The position numbers and the translations under genes are program-made. A DNA stretch of 31,176 bases, taken from contig CAYUNO010000001.1 in NCBI GenBank assembly GCA_964446075.1, positions 1-31,176 of the forward strand, given 5' to 3'. The notes beneath the pieces were generated by a model. That model saw only the letters and a program-made list of their open reading frames with translations. It made no database searches and was not told the origin of the DNA. The DNA comes from an uncultured Flavobacteriaceae bacterium (GTDB taxonomy: Bacteria > Bacteroidota > Bacteroidia > NS11-12g > UBA955). Shown one piece after another: positions 1 to 9,026 of this stretch (positions are counted from its first letter, which is position 1; each line of letters opens with the position of its first letter).

Positions 1-1
1 T

Positions 2-1297
2 TTACAATTCGGCACGCAAAATCCTTGGAAGCATCCTACGTTGTTCTTGGGGGATTGGATTAATACGGAATCCAAGGAGCAACCCCTATTTTATTTGCCT
101 ATTTGGATGTTAGTAACGCTAAGTGAATGGATATTGGTGGTGTTATTGGCAGTTTTATTGCATGTTTGGCCTTCTCATCGGGTGTGGAAGCAACCGATTG
201 TTTTCTTTTCCTTGCTAGTAATGATGGCGTTTTTAGGATATACCGTTGTGTTTCAGCCTATTTTATACAATGGATGGCGACATTTATACTTTTTAGTAGT
301 ACCCCTGATAATTTTTATTGGAATTGGAGCATCGGCTATTAATCATAAGCGGATAATTCCTTTTCATTTGTTGTTGGCGGGATATAGTATTTTTTCTTTA
401 ATCGAACCCAGCAAAGAGGATATACAAGGTGGAAAATTAGCCTTAGGGTATGTTTCGGCAAGCACGGATTTTAATGTTTTAGCTCGATTATTTATTAATG
501 ATTCACATAAATCGAAGGAAGATTTAGCATCAGGTGATGTCGCTGGTCCGGACAGCCATACCATGGATACCCAAAAACATGTGCGGGGTATTAGTGATTT
601 GGATGAAAATGCAGAAGGAAACGGGGAAGCAGGAGGAAGCTCGGCACACCCGCGATTTAAAAACTTGTGTGATGCAAACCGTTGTACCGATGAGCCTTTT
701 CAGATTGCTTTTCAAAATAATCGGAAAATGGATAGTTCGAAGTCCAATCCTAATTTGAATTCTGTGGGAAGTAGGAACATGGGCGGGAGTTCGGCTGCTG
801 ATGAAGGATTAAAACGAGGAAGTAACCCCACTATTCGGGAGAGTGCTGGTATTGTAAGTGTCAATAAATGGTGTGATGAGTTTCCTTTCTCGGGAGATTA
901 TTGGCAGCATACCACGTTGCAAGCATATCAGTTTTTATTGAAGAAATTTCCTAGATCCTGGATTATTGTATCGGGCAAGGGAGAAGGGCTGTGGTTAAAC
1001 TCATTGTTATTATCAGAAGCAGACAGAAATCGGATTCGTTTTTGTTCTTTGGATGGATTGAACACTTATGCTGGAAGTCCAAATGAATATCCTGTTTTAA
1101 CCGTAGACGGAGTAGTGAATTGGTTTAATACTGCTGAGAAATCAAACCTAAAAGAAAGAGTTTGGGTATGGGTAGTATTCAACGAAGAAGGGGTAGTTCA
1201 AGTGCCCGATATTGGAGGGGGAAAGGTTATTGCCGATGCCTATCGGGGTAATCAGTGGTTATGGAGAGCGTATCAGCCAAGAATTGAGGGATATTAG
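2..1297 (+). CDS. 5'-truncated polytopic membrane protein, probably ArnT/PMT (GT39)-like glycosyltransferase, with a long hydrophilic insert
   Basis: The frame is open from base 2 (LQFGTQNPWKHPTLFLGDW...), so the start lies outside the window. It has hydrophobic helices and the motifs PLFYLPIWMLVT, YNGWRHLYFL and GDYWQHT, which resemble Bacteroidota membrane glycosyltransferase-like proteins. Confidence 0.5.
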   Translation, partial: LQFGTQNPWKHPTLFLGDWINTESKEQPLFYLPIWMLVTLSEWILVVLLAVLLHVWPSHRVWKQPIVFFSLLVMMAFLGYTVVFQPILYNGWRHLYFLVVPLIIFIGIGASAINHKRIIPFHLLLAGYSIFSLIEPSKEDIQGGKLALGYVSASTDFNVLARLFINDSHKSKEDLASGDVAGPDSHTMDTQKHVRGISDLDENAEGNGEAGGSSAHPRFKNLCDANRCTDEPFQIAFQNNRKMDSSKSNPNLNSVGSRNMGGSSAADEGLKRGSNPTIRESAGIVSVNKWCDEFPFSGDYWQHTTLQAYQFLLKKFPRSWIIVSGKGEGLWLNSLLLSEADRNRIRFCSLDGLNTYAGSPNEYPVLTVDGVVNWFNTAEKSNLKERVWVWVVFNEEGVVQVPDIGGGKVIADAYRGNQWLWRAYQPRIEGY

Positions 1298-1373
1298 AAA
1301 TATCATTGCCAAGTGTTTTTATTTGGAGATAAAATTACGGGGCGGGCCACCTTTTAGAATAGTTCGTATTTAG

Positions 1374-1401
1374 GAATATTTCTCATTAAAGAATATTTCT
1401 C
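1374..1401. repeat. 11-bp direct repeat GAATATTTCTC x2 (17-bp period) upstream of the FGE-domain gene
   Basis: GAATATTTCTC at 1374-1384 and 1391-1401, separated by ATTAAA. Confidence 0.75.
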
Positions 1402-1414
1402 TACCTAATACGTT

Positions 1415-2830
1415 TTGATTTTAAGTTTAAATACAATTTCAATCTTGAGTGAATCCAATAGATTAAGTTTCATTTTTGTTTATAGTGCGTTTTTATTTGG
1501 CATATTTGTTAATAGTACCTCACTGAGTGCTCAGCAGTATGACCCCTTGGAGGGTTTATTTGTCAACTCATCGGGGAAGTCGGGGGTGGAGGACAATCCA
1601 AAAAAGCAGAAGAAAAACTGGGAGGAATGGTTGGAGTTGAATCTGGCATATGCACCTGCAGGCGGATTGATTCAGCATACCGGTGGCTATTCGTACACTT
1701 GGTTGGAAGGGGCTTCGGTTGTTTGGAAAGGTCCCAACGAGGGCAAGCGAATTTTCAAAAACAATGTTGTTAAAGATATAGAACCCTTACTTCCCTATGC
1801 CGCACCCAAATGCGTTTGCATTTTCAATCACGAAATATCCAATAAGGAGTACTTAGATTTTGTAACGGATGTTTTGTTGGAGAAAATGCGACAGCTTAAT
1901 CCTCGGATGGAGTTAATGGATAAAGATGGTATTTTCTCTGATAGTTTTTTGAGTGTATTGCAGAATCACTTTTTACGGCCGGATGCTTTTCGAACCAAAT
2001 TAGCGACAGGAAAATCTTTTGGAAGGATACTGAGTCAGTATGTAAAAGACACCGTAACCAACAAGGAAAAGATGTTGCACGAGTTGTTGGCTATGGAGAA
2101 AATAACCTACAATGGCATTCCCGTTTTTCCGGATGTATCGGGCTGGAAATACAATGTTTCTACCTTTAGCTGGAATGACCCCATGGCATTATATTATATG
2201 TTTCATCCAGCTTATTCCGATTACCCAGTATGTAGTTTATTACAACCCCAAGCCATGGCCTATTGCCAATGGTTGAGTAAACAACTTTCGGGATTATCTG
2301 GAAAGGAAGTAGTGGTTTCATTGCCTACGGAAATGGAGTGGATACAGGCCGCTTGTTACGAGAATAATCAGCGAAATTCGTATTATAAACCCAGTATTAA
2401 CAAGTATTGGCGCAATGAAAAAGGAGTTTATATTGCCAATCATGTGGGTTATCGAGAACCTCAAAACAAATCAACTAATAACCGGTCTTCCAGGAATAAA
2501 ACAGAACAAGCAGCGGGTGAAAATGTGTCTTTAAATTCCAAGGATAGTGTTAGTAATAAGGGCCAACAAGAGGTGGATTTTGATCATGGAGCAGATGGTG
2601 GATTATACGCGACACCTGTTTTTTCTTATTGGCCCAACGATGCGGGGTGCTACAATATCTTTGGGAATGTTGCAGAAATGACAAGCACCACCGTAGGGGA
2701 CATGATGGTGGTAAAAGGTGGTTCCTTTTTGGATGTAGGTGACGTATTATTCCCCGGCAGTAGAGCCTTGGTTTATACCCGCGAGCCATTGCCCATGGTT
2801 GGGTTTCGGCCGGTGGTTAAAATCCGTTAA
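1415..2830 (+). CDS. SUMF1/FGE-sulfatase domain protein (GldK/GldJ-like), secreted; start codon uncertain (TTG)
   Basis: Motifs EISNKEYLDFV, YPV...AMAYCQWLS, SLPTEMEWIQAA, PNDAGCYNIFGNVAEMT, KGGSF and GFRPV. The signal peptide ends ...SLSAQ and has no lipobox Cys, so it is not called gldK itself. Confidence 0.8.
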   Translation: MILSLNTISILSESNRLSFIFVYSAFLFGIFVNSTSLSAQQYDPLEGLFVNSSGKSGVEDNPKKQKKNWEEWLELNLAYAPAGGLIQHTGGYSYTWLEGASVVWKGPNEGKRIFKNNVVKDIEPLLPYAAPKCVCIFNHEISNKEYLDFVTDVLLEKMRQLNPRMELMDKDGIFSDSFLSVLQNHFLRPDAFRTKLATGKSFGRILSQYVKDTVTNKEKMLHELLAMEKITYNGIPVFPDVSGWKYNVSTFSWNDPMALYYMFHPAYSDYPVCSLLQPQAMAYCQWLSKQLSGLSGKEVVVSLPTEMEWIQAACYENNQRNSYYKPSINKYWRNEKGVYIANHVGYREPQNKSTNNRSSRNKTEQAAGENVSLNSKDSVSNKGQQEVDFDHGADGGLYATPVFSYWPNDAGCYNIFGNVAEMTSTTVGDMMVVKGGSFLDVGDVLFPGSRALVYTREPLPMVGFRPVVKIR

Positions 2831-2833
2831 GGT

Positions 2834-3304
2834 TTAGCGGTACTGTAGCAATCGATATTGTCGGTGATTGTCTTGGTGTTCGATTTGAATTTCCAGTATT
2901 TTGGCTTGGAAATTTAGCAGTAAATCGCGTAGCAAAAAATCGCCAATTTCGGGCCACTCGATCAAATGTACGCTCGGGAATTCGTTTAGGATTTCTTCTA
3001 TGCCGGCATCGAACAGTTCACCGGCTTCTTTAATTCGATACCAATCGTGGTGATACAATTTGGTTCCGTTGGGTAAGGTGTATGGGTTTACTAAACTAAA
3101 CGTTGGACTCATTACCGCATCAGCAATCCCCCAACTAGCGAGTAATTGCTGACTTAGGGTTGTTTTTCCTGCTCCCACTTCTCCACGCAACACATAGAAT
3201 TCTTGGGGACCCATTGCCTCAATACGGAGAAGTACTTGGGATAATTCTCCAATTTGGGCATGGATGGTTTCTTCTGAAAATGTATGTTCCAGTAAGGATT
3301 GCAT
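2834..3304 (-). CDS. tsaE: tRNA threonylcarbamoyladenosine biosynthesis ATPase TsaE
   Basis: Walker A GEVGAGKTT, SPTFSLVNPY, HHDWYRI and IEWPE; directly downstream of porX as is usual in Bacteroidota. Confidence 0.93.
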   Translation of the reverse strand: MQSLLEHTFSEETIHAQIGELSQVLLRIEAMGPQEFYVLRGEVGAGKTTLSQQLLASWGIADAVMSPTFSLVNPYTLPNGTKLYHHDWYRIKEAGELFDAGIEEILNEFPSVHLIEWPEIGDFLLRDLLLNFQAKILEIQIEHQDNHRQYRLLQYR

Positions 3305-3318
3305 CGTAAAAAAACGGT

Positions 3319-4872
3319 TTATCTAGGACTTAGAACCGCTAACGGACAACACATTTCCTCAAGACTTATGCCACCGTGTTGGAAGGTGTTTTTATAGTAG
3401 TTTACGTAGTAGTTGTAGTTATTGGGATAAGCGAAAAAGTCGTTTTCAGTGGCAAAAACAAAGGCACTGGATAAATGCTGGGTAGGTAAATATGCATCTA
3501 CGGGTTTTTTCACTTCAAAGACTTCTTTGGGATTGTAAGTGATATTTTTACCTTGTTTGTAACGCAAATTGCTGTTTACGTTTTTGTCGCCTACTATTTT
3601 AATGGGGTCTTTTACGCGGATACTGCCATGATCGGTGGTGATAACTACTTTACATGGTTTGTCTGCCAAGCGTTGCAAGGCATCCCACAGCGGAGAATGC
3701 CTGAACCAAGTTGCCATAACGTTGCGATAGGCTGCTTCTTCTTCGGCTAATTCTCGAACGATATTTACATCGGTTCGGGCATGCGAAAAGCTATCCACGA
3801 AATTGTAAACCAATACGTTGAGTTTATTTTTTAGCATGTTGGGTATTTGGTCAACCAGGTTTTTACCTCCTTCCAAATTGGTGACCTTGGTATAGCTAAA
3901 TTTTACATCTCTGCGTAATCGTTTAAGCAAATCTTCTACAAATTCCTTTTCAAATAAGTTCTTACCGCCTTCGTCTTCGTCGTTACTCCATTTATCGGGA
4001 AAACGTTTTTCGATTTCCGAAGGTAATAAACCACTGAAAATGGCATTTCTGCAGTATTGGGTAGTGGTTGGTAAAATACTGAAGTACATATCTTCGGAAT
4101 CCACCCGATAGCGTTCTTGTAAAATGTCTGAAATGGCACGCCATTGATCAAATCGCAGGTTGTCCATCAATACAAAAAACACCGGTAAATGATCGTCTAA
4201 CAAGGGATTAACGGTTCTGCGAAACAAATTGTGACTCATTATCGGTCCATCATCCCCGGTTTGTTTTAACATGCCGATGTAGTTGTCGGTAACGTACCGA
4301 CAAAAGTTGCGGTTAGCATCGGACTTTTGGGTTTCGAGAATTTCCCGCATGCTTTCTTCGCCATTGGAATCTAATTCTATTTCCCAGTAAACCAATTTTT
4401 TATAAACCTCTTTCCATTCGTTGAAGTTTAGTTTGTCACTTACCGACATGCCAATTTGCATGAATTCGCGCTGGTAACCTTGGGTAGTTTTTTGGGTTAC
4501 CAATCGTTTTTCATCCAGATTCTTCTTTAACGCCAACAGAATTTGGTTGGGGTGCACGGGTTTGATGAGGTAATCGGCAATTTTGGAACCGATAGCCTCT
4601 TCCATGATGTGTTCTTCTTCGTTTTTGGTGATCATAATAACCGGCAAGGAAGGTCTGCGTTGCTTGATCTCTTGCAAGGCTTCCAACCCCGAAATACCGG
4701 GCATGTTTTCGTCTAAAAACACTAAATCGTAGTCGGTTTTATTAACTTCCTCGATGGCATCTCTACCGCTGCTCACGCAATGAACTTCGTAGCCTTTCCC
4801 CTCTAAAAATAAAACGTGTGGTTTTAATAAATCAATTTCATCATCGGCCCAAAGTATCTGCGGTTTTGTCAT
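3319..4872 (-). CDS. porX: Response regulator PorX (receiver + PglZ domain), T9SS regulator
   Basis: N-terminal receiver (ILWADDEIDLLKPH, FLDENMPG, MITK). C-terminal PglZ/alkaline-phosphatase-like domain (MDNLRFDQW, LPTTTQYCRNAIFSG, ITTDHG, TFQHGGISLEEM). 517 aa. Confidence 0.93.
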   Translation of the reverse strand: MTKPQILWADDEIDLLKPHVLFLEGKGYEVHCVSSGRDAIEEVNKTDYDLVFLDENMPGISGLEALQEIKQRRPSLPVIMITKNEEEHIMEEAIGSKIADYLIKPVHPNQILLALKKNLDEKRLVTQKTTQGYQREFMQIGMSVSDKLNFNEWKEVYKKLVYWEIELDSNGEESMREILETQKSDANRNFCRYVTDNYIGMLKQTGDDGPIMSHNLFRRTVNPLLDDHLPVFFVLMDNLRFDQWRAISDILQERYRVDSEDMYFSILPTTTQYCRNAIFSGLLPSEIEKRFPDKWSNDEDEGGKNLFEKEFVEDLLKRLRRDVKFSYTKVTNLEGGKNLVDQIPNMLKNKLNVLVYNFVDSFSHARTDVNIVRELAEEEAAYRNVMATWFRHSPLWDALQRLADKPCKVVITTDHGSIRVKDPIKIVGDKNVNSNLRYKQGKNITYNPKEVFEVKKPVDAYLPTQHLSSAFVFATENDFFAYPNNYNYYVNYYKNTFQHGGISLEEMCCPLAVLSPR

Positions 4873-4938
4873 AGTTATGTATGTAACGATTTCCTTTCAA
4901 AATTCGTGCCTGCATGCCATAAAATGCGTTTAAATATG

Positions 4939-4946
4939 CAACTTTG
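4939..4946 (+). promoter_or_regulatory. Near-consensus Bacteroidota -7 element (CAACTTTG) for thiN
   Basis: One mismatch to TAnnTTTG, 11 nt before the ATG at 4958. Confidence 0.45.
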
Positions 4947-4957
4947 TGGATAAAAGT

Positions 4958-5677
4958 ATGAGTTCCCACCACATCGTACGCGATAACCAGGAGTCGGCAT
5001 TGATTATTGCCAATGGCGAGAGTTGTTCAATGTTGTTATTGGATGAATTAATGGAATGGTGTCCTTATGTTTTGGTATTGGATGGAGCGATGCGGCGGGT
5101 TCAAGAAATGGGATTGCGTGCCGATGCATGGTTGGGGGATTTCGATTCGCATCTGCTGGAACAGAATAGTAAATTGCTAGAGGGAGGGGATTCTTCGTTA
5201 GTTGCCCTAGATTGGGAGCAACAGTTATTGGCCACCGGCACGGAGAAAATTTTGGCACCGGATCAAGTAAAAACGGATTTAGAGAAGGGCATAGAATTTT
5301 TAATTTCTCGTGGACATACATCGGCCAATGTTATTTGGGGAACCGGAAGGAGAATGGATCATACGTTCCAGAATTTGTCGATTTTACCAAAGTACCAAGC
5401 GGAGATTTCTGTTTCTATATTGGACGATTATTCTCGAGTATATCCATTGCCCAAACACTTTCGGAAATGGTATCCGGCGGGTACAAATTTATCGTTGATG
5501 CCCATCGGAAAGGTGGAAGAAGTCTACAGCGAAAACTTAGATTACCCCTTGCAAGGAATGGATTTGGAGTTGCCCTATCGATCAGGAAGTTCCAATCGAG
5601 TTACAGCCGATGGATTTGTTGAAATTCGGTATAATCAAGGACATTTATTGCTTATGGAGTGCTGGGATCGTAAATAA
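4958..5677 (+). CDS. thiN: Thiamine pyrophosphokinase
   Basis: MSSHHIVRDNQESALIIANGE start, then VLDGA, GDFDS, DQVKTDLEKG and GRRMDHTFQN. ATG 4958 is preferred over GTG 4946, which lies inside the promoter element. Confidence 0.9.
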   Translation: MSSHHIVRDNQESALIIANGESCSMLLLDELMEWCPYVLVLDGAMRRVQEMGLRADAWLGDFDSHLLEQNSKLLEGGDSSLVALDWEQQLLATGTEKILAPDQVKTDLEKGIEFLISRGHTSANVIWGTGRRMDHTFQNLSILPKYQAEISVSILDDYSRVYPLPKHFRKWYPAGTNLSLMPIGKVEEVYSENLDYPLQGMDLELPYRSGSSNRVTADGFVEIRYNQGHLLLMECWDRK

Positions 5678-5697
5678 CAAACAATGAATAAATTACA

Positions 5698-6468
5698 ATG
5701 AAAATACTATCGTATAATGTAAATGGAATTCGAAGTGCTTCGGATAAGGGGTTGGCAGATTACTTGAGCATGGCCAATGCAGATGTGGTTTGTTTTCAAG
5801 AGTTGAAGGCGCTTCCCGAGCAAATCAATGAATCGTTATTTACGGATTTGGGTTATCAGTGTTACTGGTATTCGGCTCAGAAAAAAGGGTATTCAGGGGT
5901 GGGAATTCTTAGTAAAGAGAAGGCAATTCATGTAGAATACGGTTGCGGGAATGAGGTTTTTGATAACGAAGGGAGAGTAATCCGCGCCGATTTTTCTTGG
6001 GGCAGTGTATTGAGTGTGTATTTCCCGAGCGGTACTTCCGGAGATGATCGTCAAGGGGTGAAATATGAATTTTTAGACTTCTTTTTTGATTATGCACAGC
6101 AATTGAAGTCGCAATTAGGGCCCGACAAAGTGGTGGTTTGCGGAGATTACAATATTTGCCATCGTGCCATCGACATTCACGATCCGGTTAGCAATAAAAA
6201 CAGTACCGGTTTTCTTCCTGAAGAGCGTGCATGGATGGATAAATGGTTTGAAAACGGTTGGGTGGATTCATTGAGAACCTTGAATCCTGAACCGCATTTG
6301 TACACTTGGTGGAGTTTCCGAGCCAATGCGCGGTCCAAGAATAAAGGTTGGCGTATTGACTATGTAAGTATTTCTTCAGGTCTTTCAGCTTCGTTATTGG
6401 CTGCAGGTATTGACGCCGATGCAGTGCACTCCGATCATTGTCCAACCTGGGCCGAATTAGCTATTTAA
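5698..6468 (+). CDS. xth: Exodeoxyribonuclease III / AP endonuclease
   Basis: SYNVNGIRSA, CFQELK, GYSGV, VYFPSG, GDYNICH, YTWWSFRANAR, GWRIDY and SDHCP. Confidence 0.95.
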   Translation: MKILSYNVNGIRSASDKGLADYLSMANADVVCFQELKALPEQINESLFTDLGYQCYWYSAQKKGYSGVGILSKEKAIHVEYGCGNEVFDNEGRVIRADFSWGSVLSVYFPSGTSGDDRQGVKYEFLDFFFDYAQQLKSQLGPDKVVVCGDYNICHRAIDIHDPVSNKNSTGFLPEERAWMDKWFENGWVDSLRTLNPEPHLYTWWSFRANARSKNKGWRIDYVSISSGLSASLLAAGIDADAVHSDHCPTWAELAI

Positions 6469-6482
6469 ACTGAAGATAAACA

Positions 6483-6519
6483 AAGACCGCAAATGATTAA
6501 TCTGCGGTCTTCGTTTTTT
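6483..6519 (+). terminator. Intrinsic terminator between convergent xth and the SIMPL-like gene
   Basis: 9-bp stem AAGACCGCA (6483-6491) / TGCGGTCTT (6503-6511), followed by CGTTTTTT. Confidence 0.75.
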
Positions 6520-6575
6520 ATGGGTATCGATATTTTTCGATCTAAATTTTGTGGCTGCTGGGATTAGAAATTGTA

Positions 6576-7730
6576 TTATTTAGTAATTTCTTTGATAGTT
6601 CCTTGGGGAGTAATGATGAGTAAATCGGTTTGTTTTTTAACCTCGGTTTTGGTTTGAACAACTACGGTGTCTTTCAAGCGGTAGCGAACTTGTAAGGTAT
6701 ATGCAAACTGAATGGTGGGTTGTAAAGGCGATGGATTGATTACAGCATCAAAGCCTTTGCTTGGCAACTGATTATAAAACATGGTGTTACGTTGAACGGG
6801 TGCGGTAATGGCTCCGCTTGCAGGTGCAGATTCAGATTCATCAATACTGGAAATTGCCAAGGGTTTATAAGGCATGTACTGATCAATGGGATAAAACTCG
6901 TAGTTCTTTTCGTTGTATGTGCGGAAACAAGTATCCAAGGAAATCCCCATTTGCTTGGCATTGTTCAAGCGGGTGTTGAGTACTTTTAATGCGCGTTGAC
7001 GCATGCTTTGTAATGCCATTTCGGTAGAATCTACCTGGTATTCAACTTTGATTAAATCGTAAATTTCGTTTTGAGCGGCAAAGGTGAACAACGCGTCTAA
7101 ATGGGCAGGATTCTTGAATTTTACGTGTAGGTTTTTTTGCATTTCAAAACCTTTTGGAACTTGCATATAGGTTTTCGAAAAGGTCTTTTTTTCTTTTTCG
7201 AAGATGGGCACCAAGGCAATCATGTCGAGGTGAAAATCTTCTTTTTTTAACCCCAATGTTTGCGCAGAAGCAATGAATTTATTGATGCGTTTTTGCATTA
7301 AACTGTCCAACTCTTGAACTTTTTTACCTGCTTGATTTACATGGAAAATGGCAACATGAGAATTCGCGGCCGCATTGTACAACACGCTGATATTGAATAC
7401 TATATCGTTGCCGTCATAATAGGTGCTTACATTGTTTTGAATGGTTTGCATCAAGGATCTTTTATCGGCCGATTGACCATCGCCAAAACTCCATTGGTAG
7501 GTAGCGGCATCCACTCTCTTTTTTTCTTTACTTTTATAAACAGCTGCAGCTTTTCCATATTCTGCATCATCTGCATCATAGTATGCTGGCGCTGCTTGGT
7601 AGGTAGTGTTGTTTTTAAAACGGTTGTTTTCGTTCCATACTTCATTGCCGGTGGCTTGAGCTTGTAATGGCAAGGCCAATAGGGACAACGAAAAGGCCGT
7701 AGCCATGTTTCTAATGGTTGAATTTTTCAT
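6576..7730 (-). CDS. Secreted SIMPL (DUF541)-like protein
   Basis: Signal peptide (LLALPLQAQ); FEMQKNLHVKF...FAAQNEIYDLIKVEY...MRQRAL pattern resembles SIMPL-domain proteins. Confidence 0.55.
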   Translation of the reverse strand: MKNSTIRNMATAFSLSLLALPLQAQATGNEVWNENNRFKNNTTYQAAPAYYDADDAEYGKAAAVYKSKEKKRVDAATYQWSFGDGQSADKRSLMQTIQNNVSTYYDGNDIVFNISVLYNAAANSHVAIFHVNQAGKKVQELDSLMQKRINKFIASAQTLGLKKEDFHLDMIALVPIFEKEKKTFSKTYMQVPKGFEMQKNLHVKFKNPAHLDALFTFAAQNEIYDLIKVEYQVDSTEMALQSMRQRALKVLNTRLNNAKQMGISLDTCFRTYNEKNYEFYPIDQYMPYKPLAISSIDESESAPASGAITAPVQRNTMFYNQLPSKGFDAVINPSPLQPTIQFAYTLQVRYRLKDTVVVQTKTEVKKQTDLLIITPQGTIKEITK

Positions 7731-7741
7731 ATGATTATGGG

Positions 7742-7770
7742 GCCTTAATACGTTAAGGCAATGAAAGGTA
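7742..7770 (-). promoter_or_regulatory. Near-consensus -7 element (TACCTTTC, 7763-7770) followed by a perfect 7-bp hairpin (7742-7759)
   Basis: GCCTTAA-TACG-TTAAGGC, ending 11 nt before the ATG at 7730, with no U-tract. Confidence 0.45.
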
Positions 7771-7801
7771 AACGTGGAAAATGAAAATTTATTGGTTCAA
7801 C

Positions 7802-8965
7802 TTAATATTCCAAGTTGCCCCAATGTCCTTGTATGCTTAATTTTTTACCATCAAAGGGCTCCACTCTGCCGATAATTTGCGCATCGATATTGAATGATTT
7901 TGCAATGTCTATCATGGCTTGTGCGGCATCGGAAGTGGTATAAATTTCCAAACGATGGCCCATGTTGAAGACTTGGAACATTTCTTTCCAATCGGTACCA
8001 CTTTCCTCTTTTATTAGTTGAAATAGGGGAGGGATGGGTAATAAATTATCTTTTATAACGTGACCTTGTTGCAAAAAATGCAACACTTTGGTTTGTCCGC
8101 CACCTGAACAATGAACCATTCCGCTGATTGCGGATTTTAGATGAGTAAAAATCTCTTTTACAAGAGGAGCATAGGTTCGGGTTGGAGATAACACCAATTT
8201 ACCAGCATTTATGGGGGAGCCTTCTACGGTATCTGTGAAATGTTTAGTGCCACAATATACTACATTTTCGGGCAAGGAATTATCGTATGTTTCGGGGTAT
8301 TTACTGCGGTAATCAGAAGAAAATACATCATGACGAGCACTGGTTAAACCATTACTTCCCATGCCTCCATTGTATTCGGTTTCGTAGGTTGCCATGCCGT
8401 ACGATGCAAAACCAACAATAACGTTTCCGGCTCTAATATTTGCGTTATCGATAATATCGGTTCGTTGCGCTTTAGCGATTAATGTTGAATCAACGATTAT
8501 GGTTTTTACCAAGTCGCCCACATCGGCTGTTTCTCCGCCTGTAGTAAAAATTTCAATGCCGTGATTGCGCATGTTTTGGCAGAATGCTTCCGTGCCGTTA
8601 ATGATCTCGGCAATTACCTCCCCAGGAATGAGTTGTTTATTTCTGCCGATGGTGGAAGAAAGCATAAACGGTCCAGTAACTCCAGCACAGAGCAAATCGT
8701 CCGTATTCATTACGATCGCATCTTGAGCAATGCCGGCCCAAACGGAACTATCGCCGGTTTCTTTCCAATACGCATAAGCCAAGCTACTTTTGGTTCCAGC
8801 ACCATCGGCATGCATGATTAAACAGCTGTTGGGGTCGTTGCTGAGGATATCGGGTACTACCTTGCAAAAGGCGAGGGGGAAAAGACCTTTATCCACCTTA
8901 GCGATGGCTTTATGAACGTCTTCTTTTTGCGATGAAACGCCGCGCTGTGCGTATTTGTCTGTCAT
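7802..8965 (-). CDS. purM: Phosphoribosylformylglycinamidine cyclo-ligase (AIR synthase), Bacteroidota type
   Basis: KYAQRGVSSQKEDVH, MHADGAGTKS, GGETADVG, GMGSNGLTSARHD, HCSGGGQTK and VFNMGHR. The start is moved to ATG 8965 because the ORF-track extension (YLC) is the translated promoter element. Confidence 0.92.
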   Translation of the reverse strand: MTDKYAQRGVSSQKEDVHKAIAKVDKGLFPLAFCKVVPDILSNDPNSCLIMHADGAGTKSSLAYAYWKETGDSSVWAGIAQDAIVMNTDDLLCAGVTGPFMLSSTIGRNKQLIPGEVIAEIINGTEAFCQNMRNHGIEIFTTGGETADVGDLVKTIIVDSTLIAKAQRTDIIDNANIRAGNVIVGFASYGMATYETEYNGGMGSNGLTSARHDVFSSDYRSKYPETYDNSLPENVVYCGTKHFTDTVEGSPINAGKLVLSPTRTYAPLVKEIFTHLKSAISGMVHCSGGGQTKVLHFLQQGHVIKDNLLPIPPLFQLIKEESGTDWKEMFQVFNMGHRLEIYTTSDAAQAMIDIAKSFNIDAQIIGRVEPFDGKKLSIQGHWGNLEY

Positions 8966-8972
8966 GCCGCTA

Positions 8973-9002
8973 CAAAGGTAACACGATTTTTTTGCTCGCA
9001 AA
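8973..9002 (-). promoter_or_regulatory. purM promoter TTTG-N18-TACCTTTG
   Basis: The reverse complement of 8973-8980 is TACCTTTG, with TTTG at 9002-8999; 7 nt to the ATG. Confidence 0.75.
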
Positions 9003-9018
9003 ATTTGTGGTAGGTTTG
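8991..9018 (+). promoter_or_regulatory. surE promoter TTTG-N16-TAGGTTTG
   Basis: TTTG at 8991-8994 and TAGGTTTG at 9011-9018; 8 nt to ATG 9027; overlaps the divergent purM promoter. Confidence 0.7.
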
Positions 9019-9026
9019 TATAGCGT

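Noticed and set aside
1415-2830. Calling the FGE-domain gene gldK or gldJ
   Set aside because: No lipoprotein Cys and no gldL/M/N neighbours; only the shared domain is supported.
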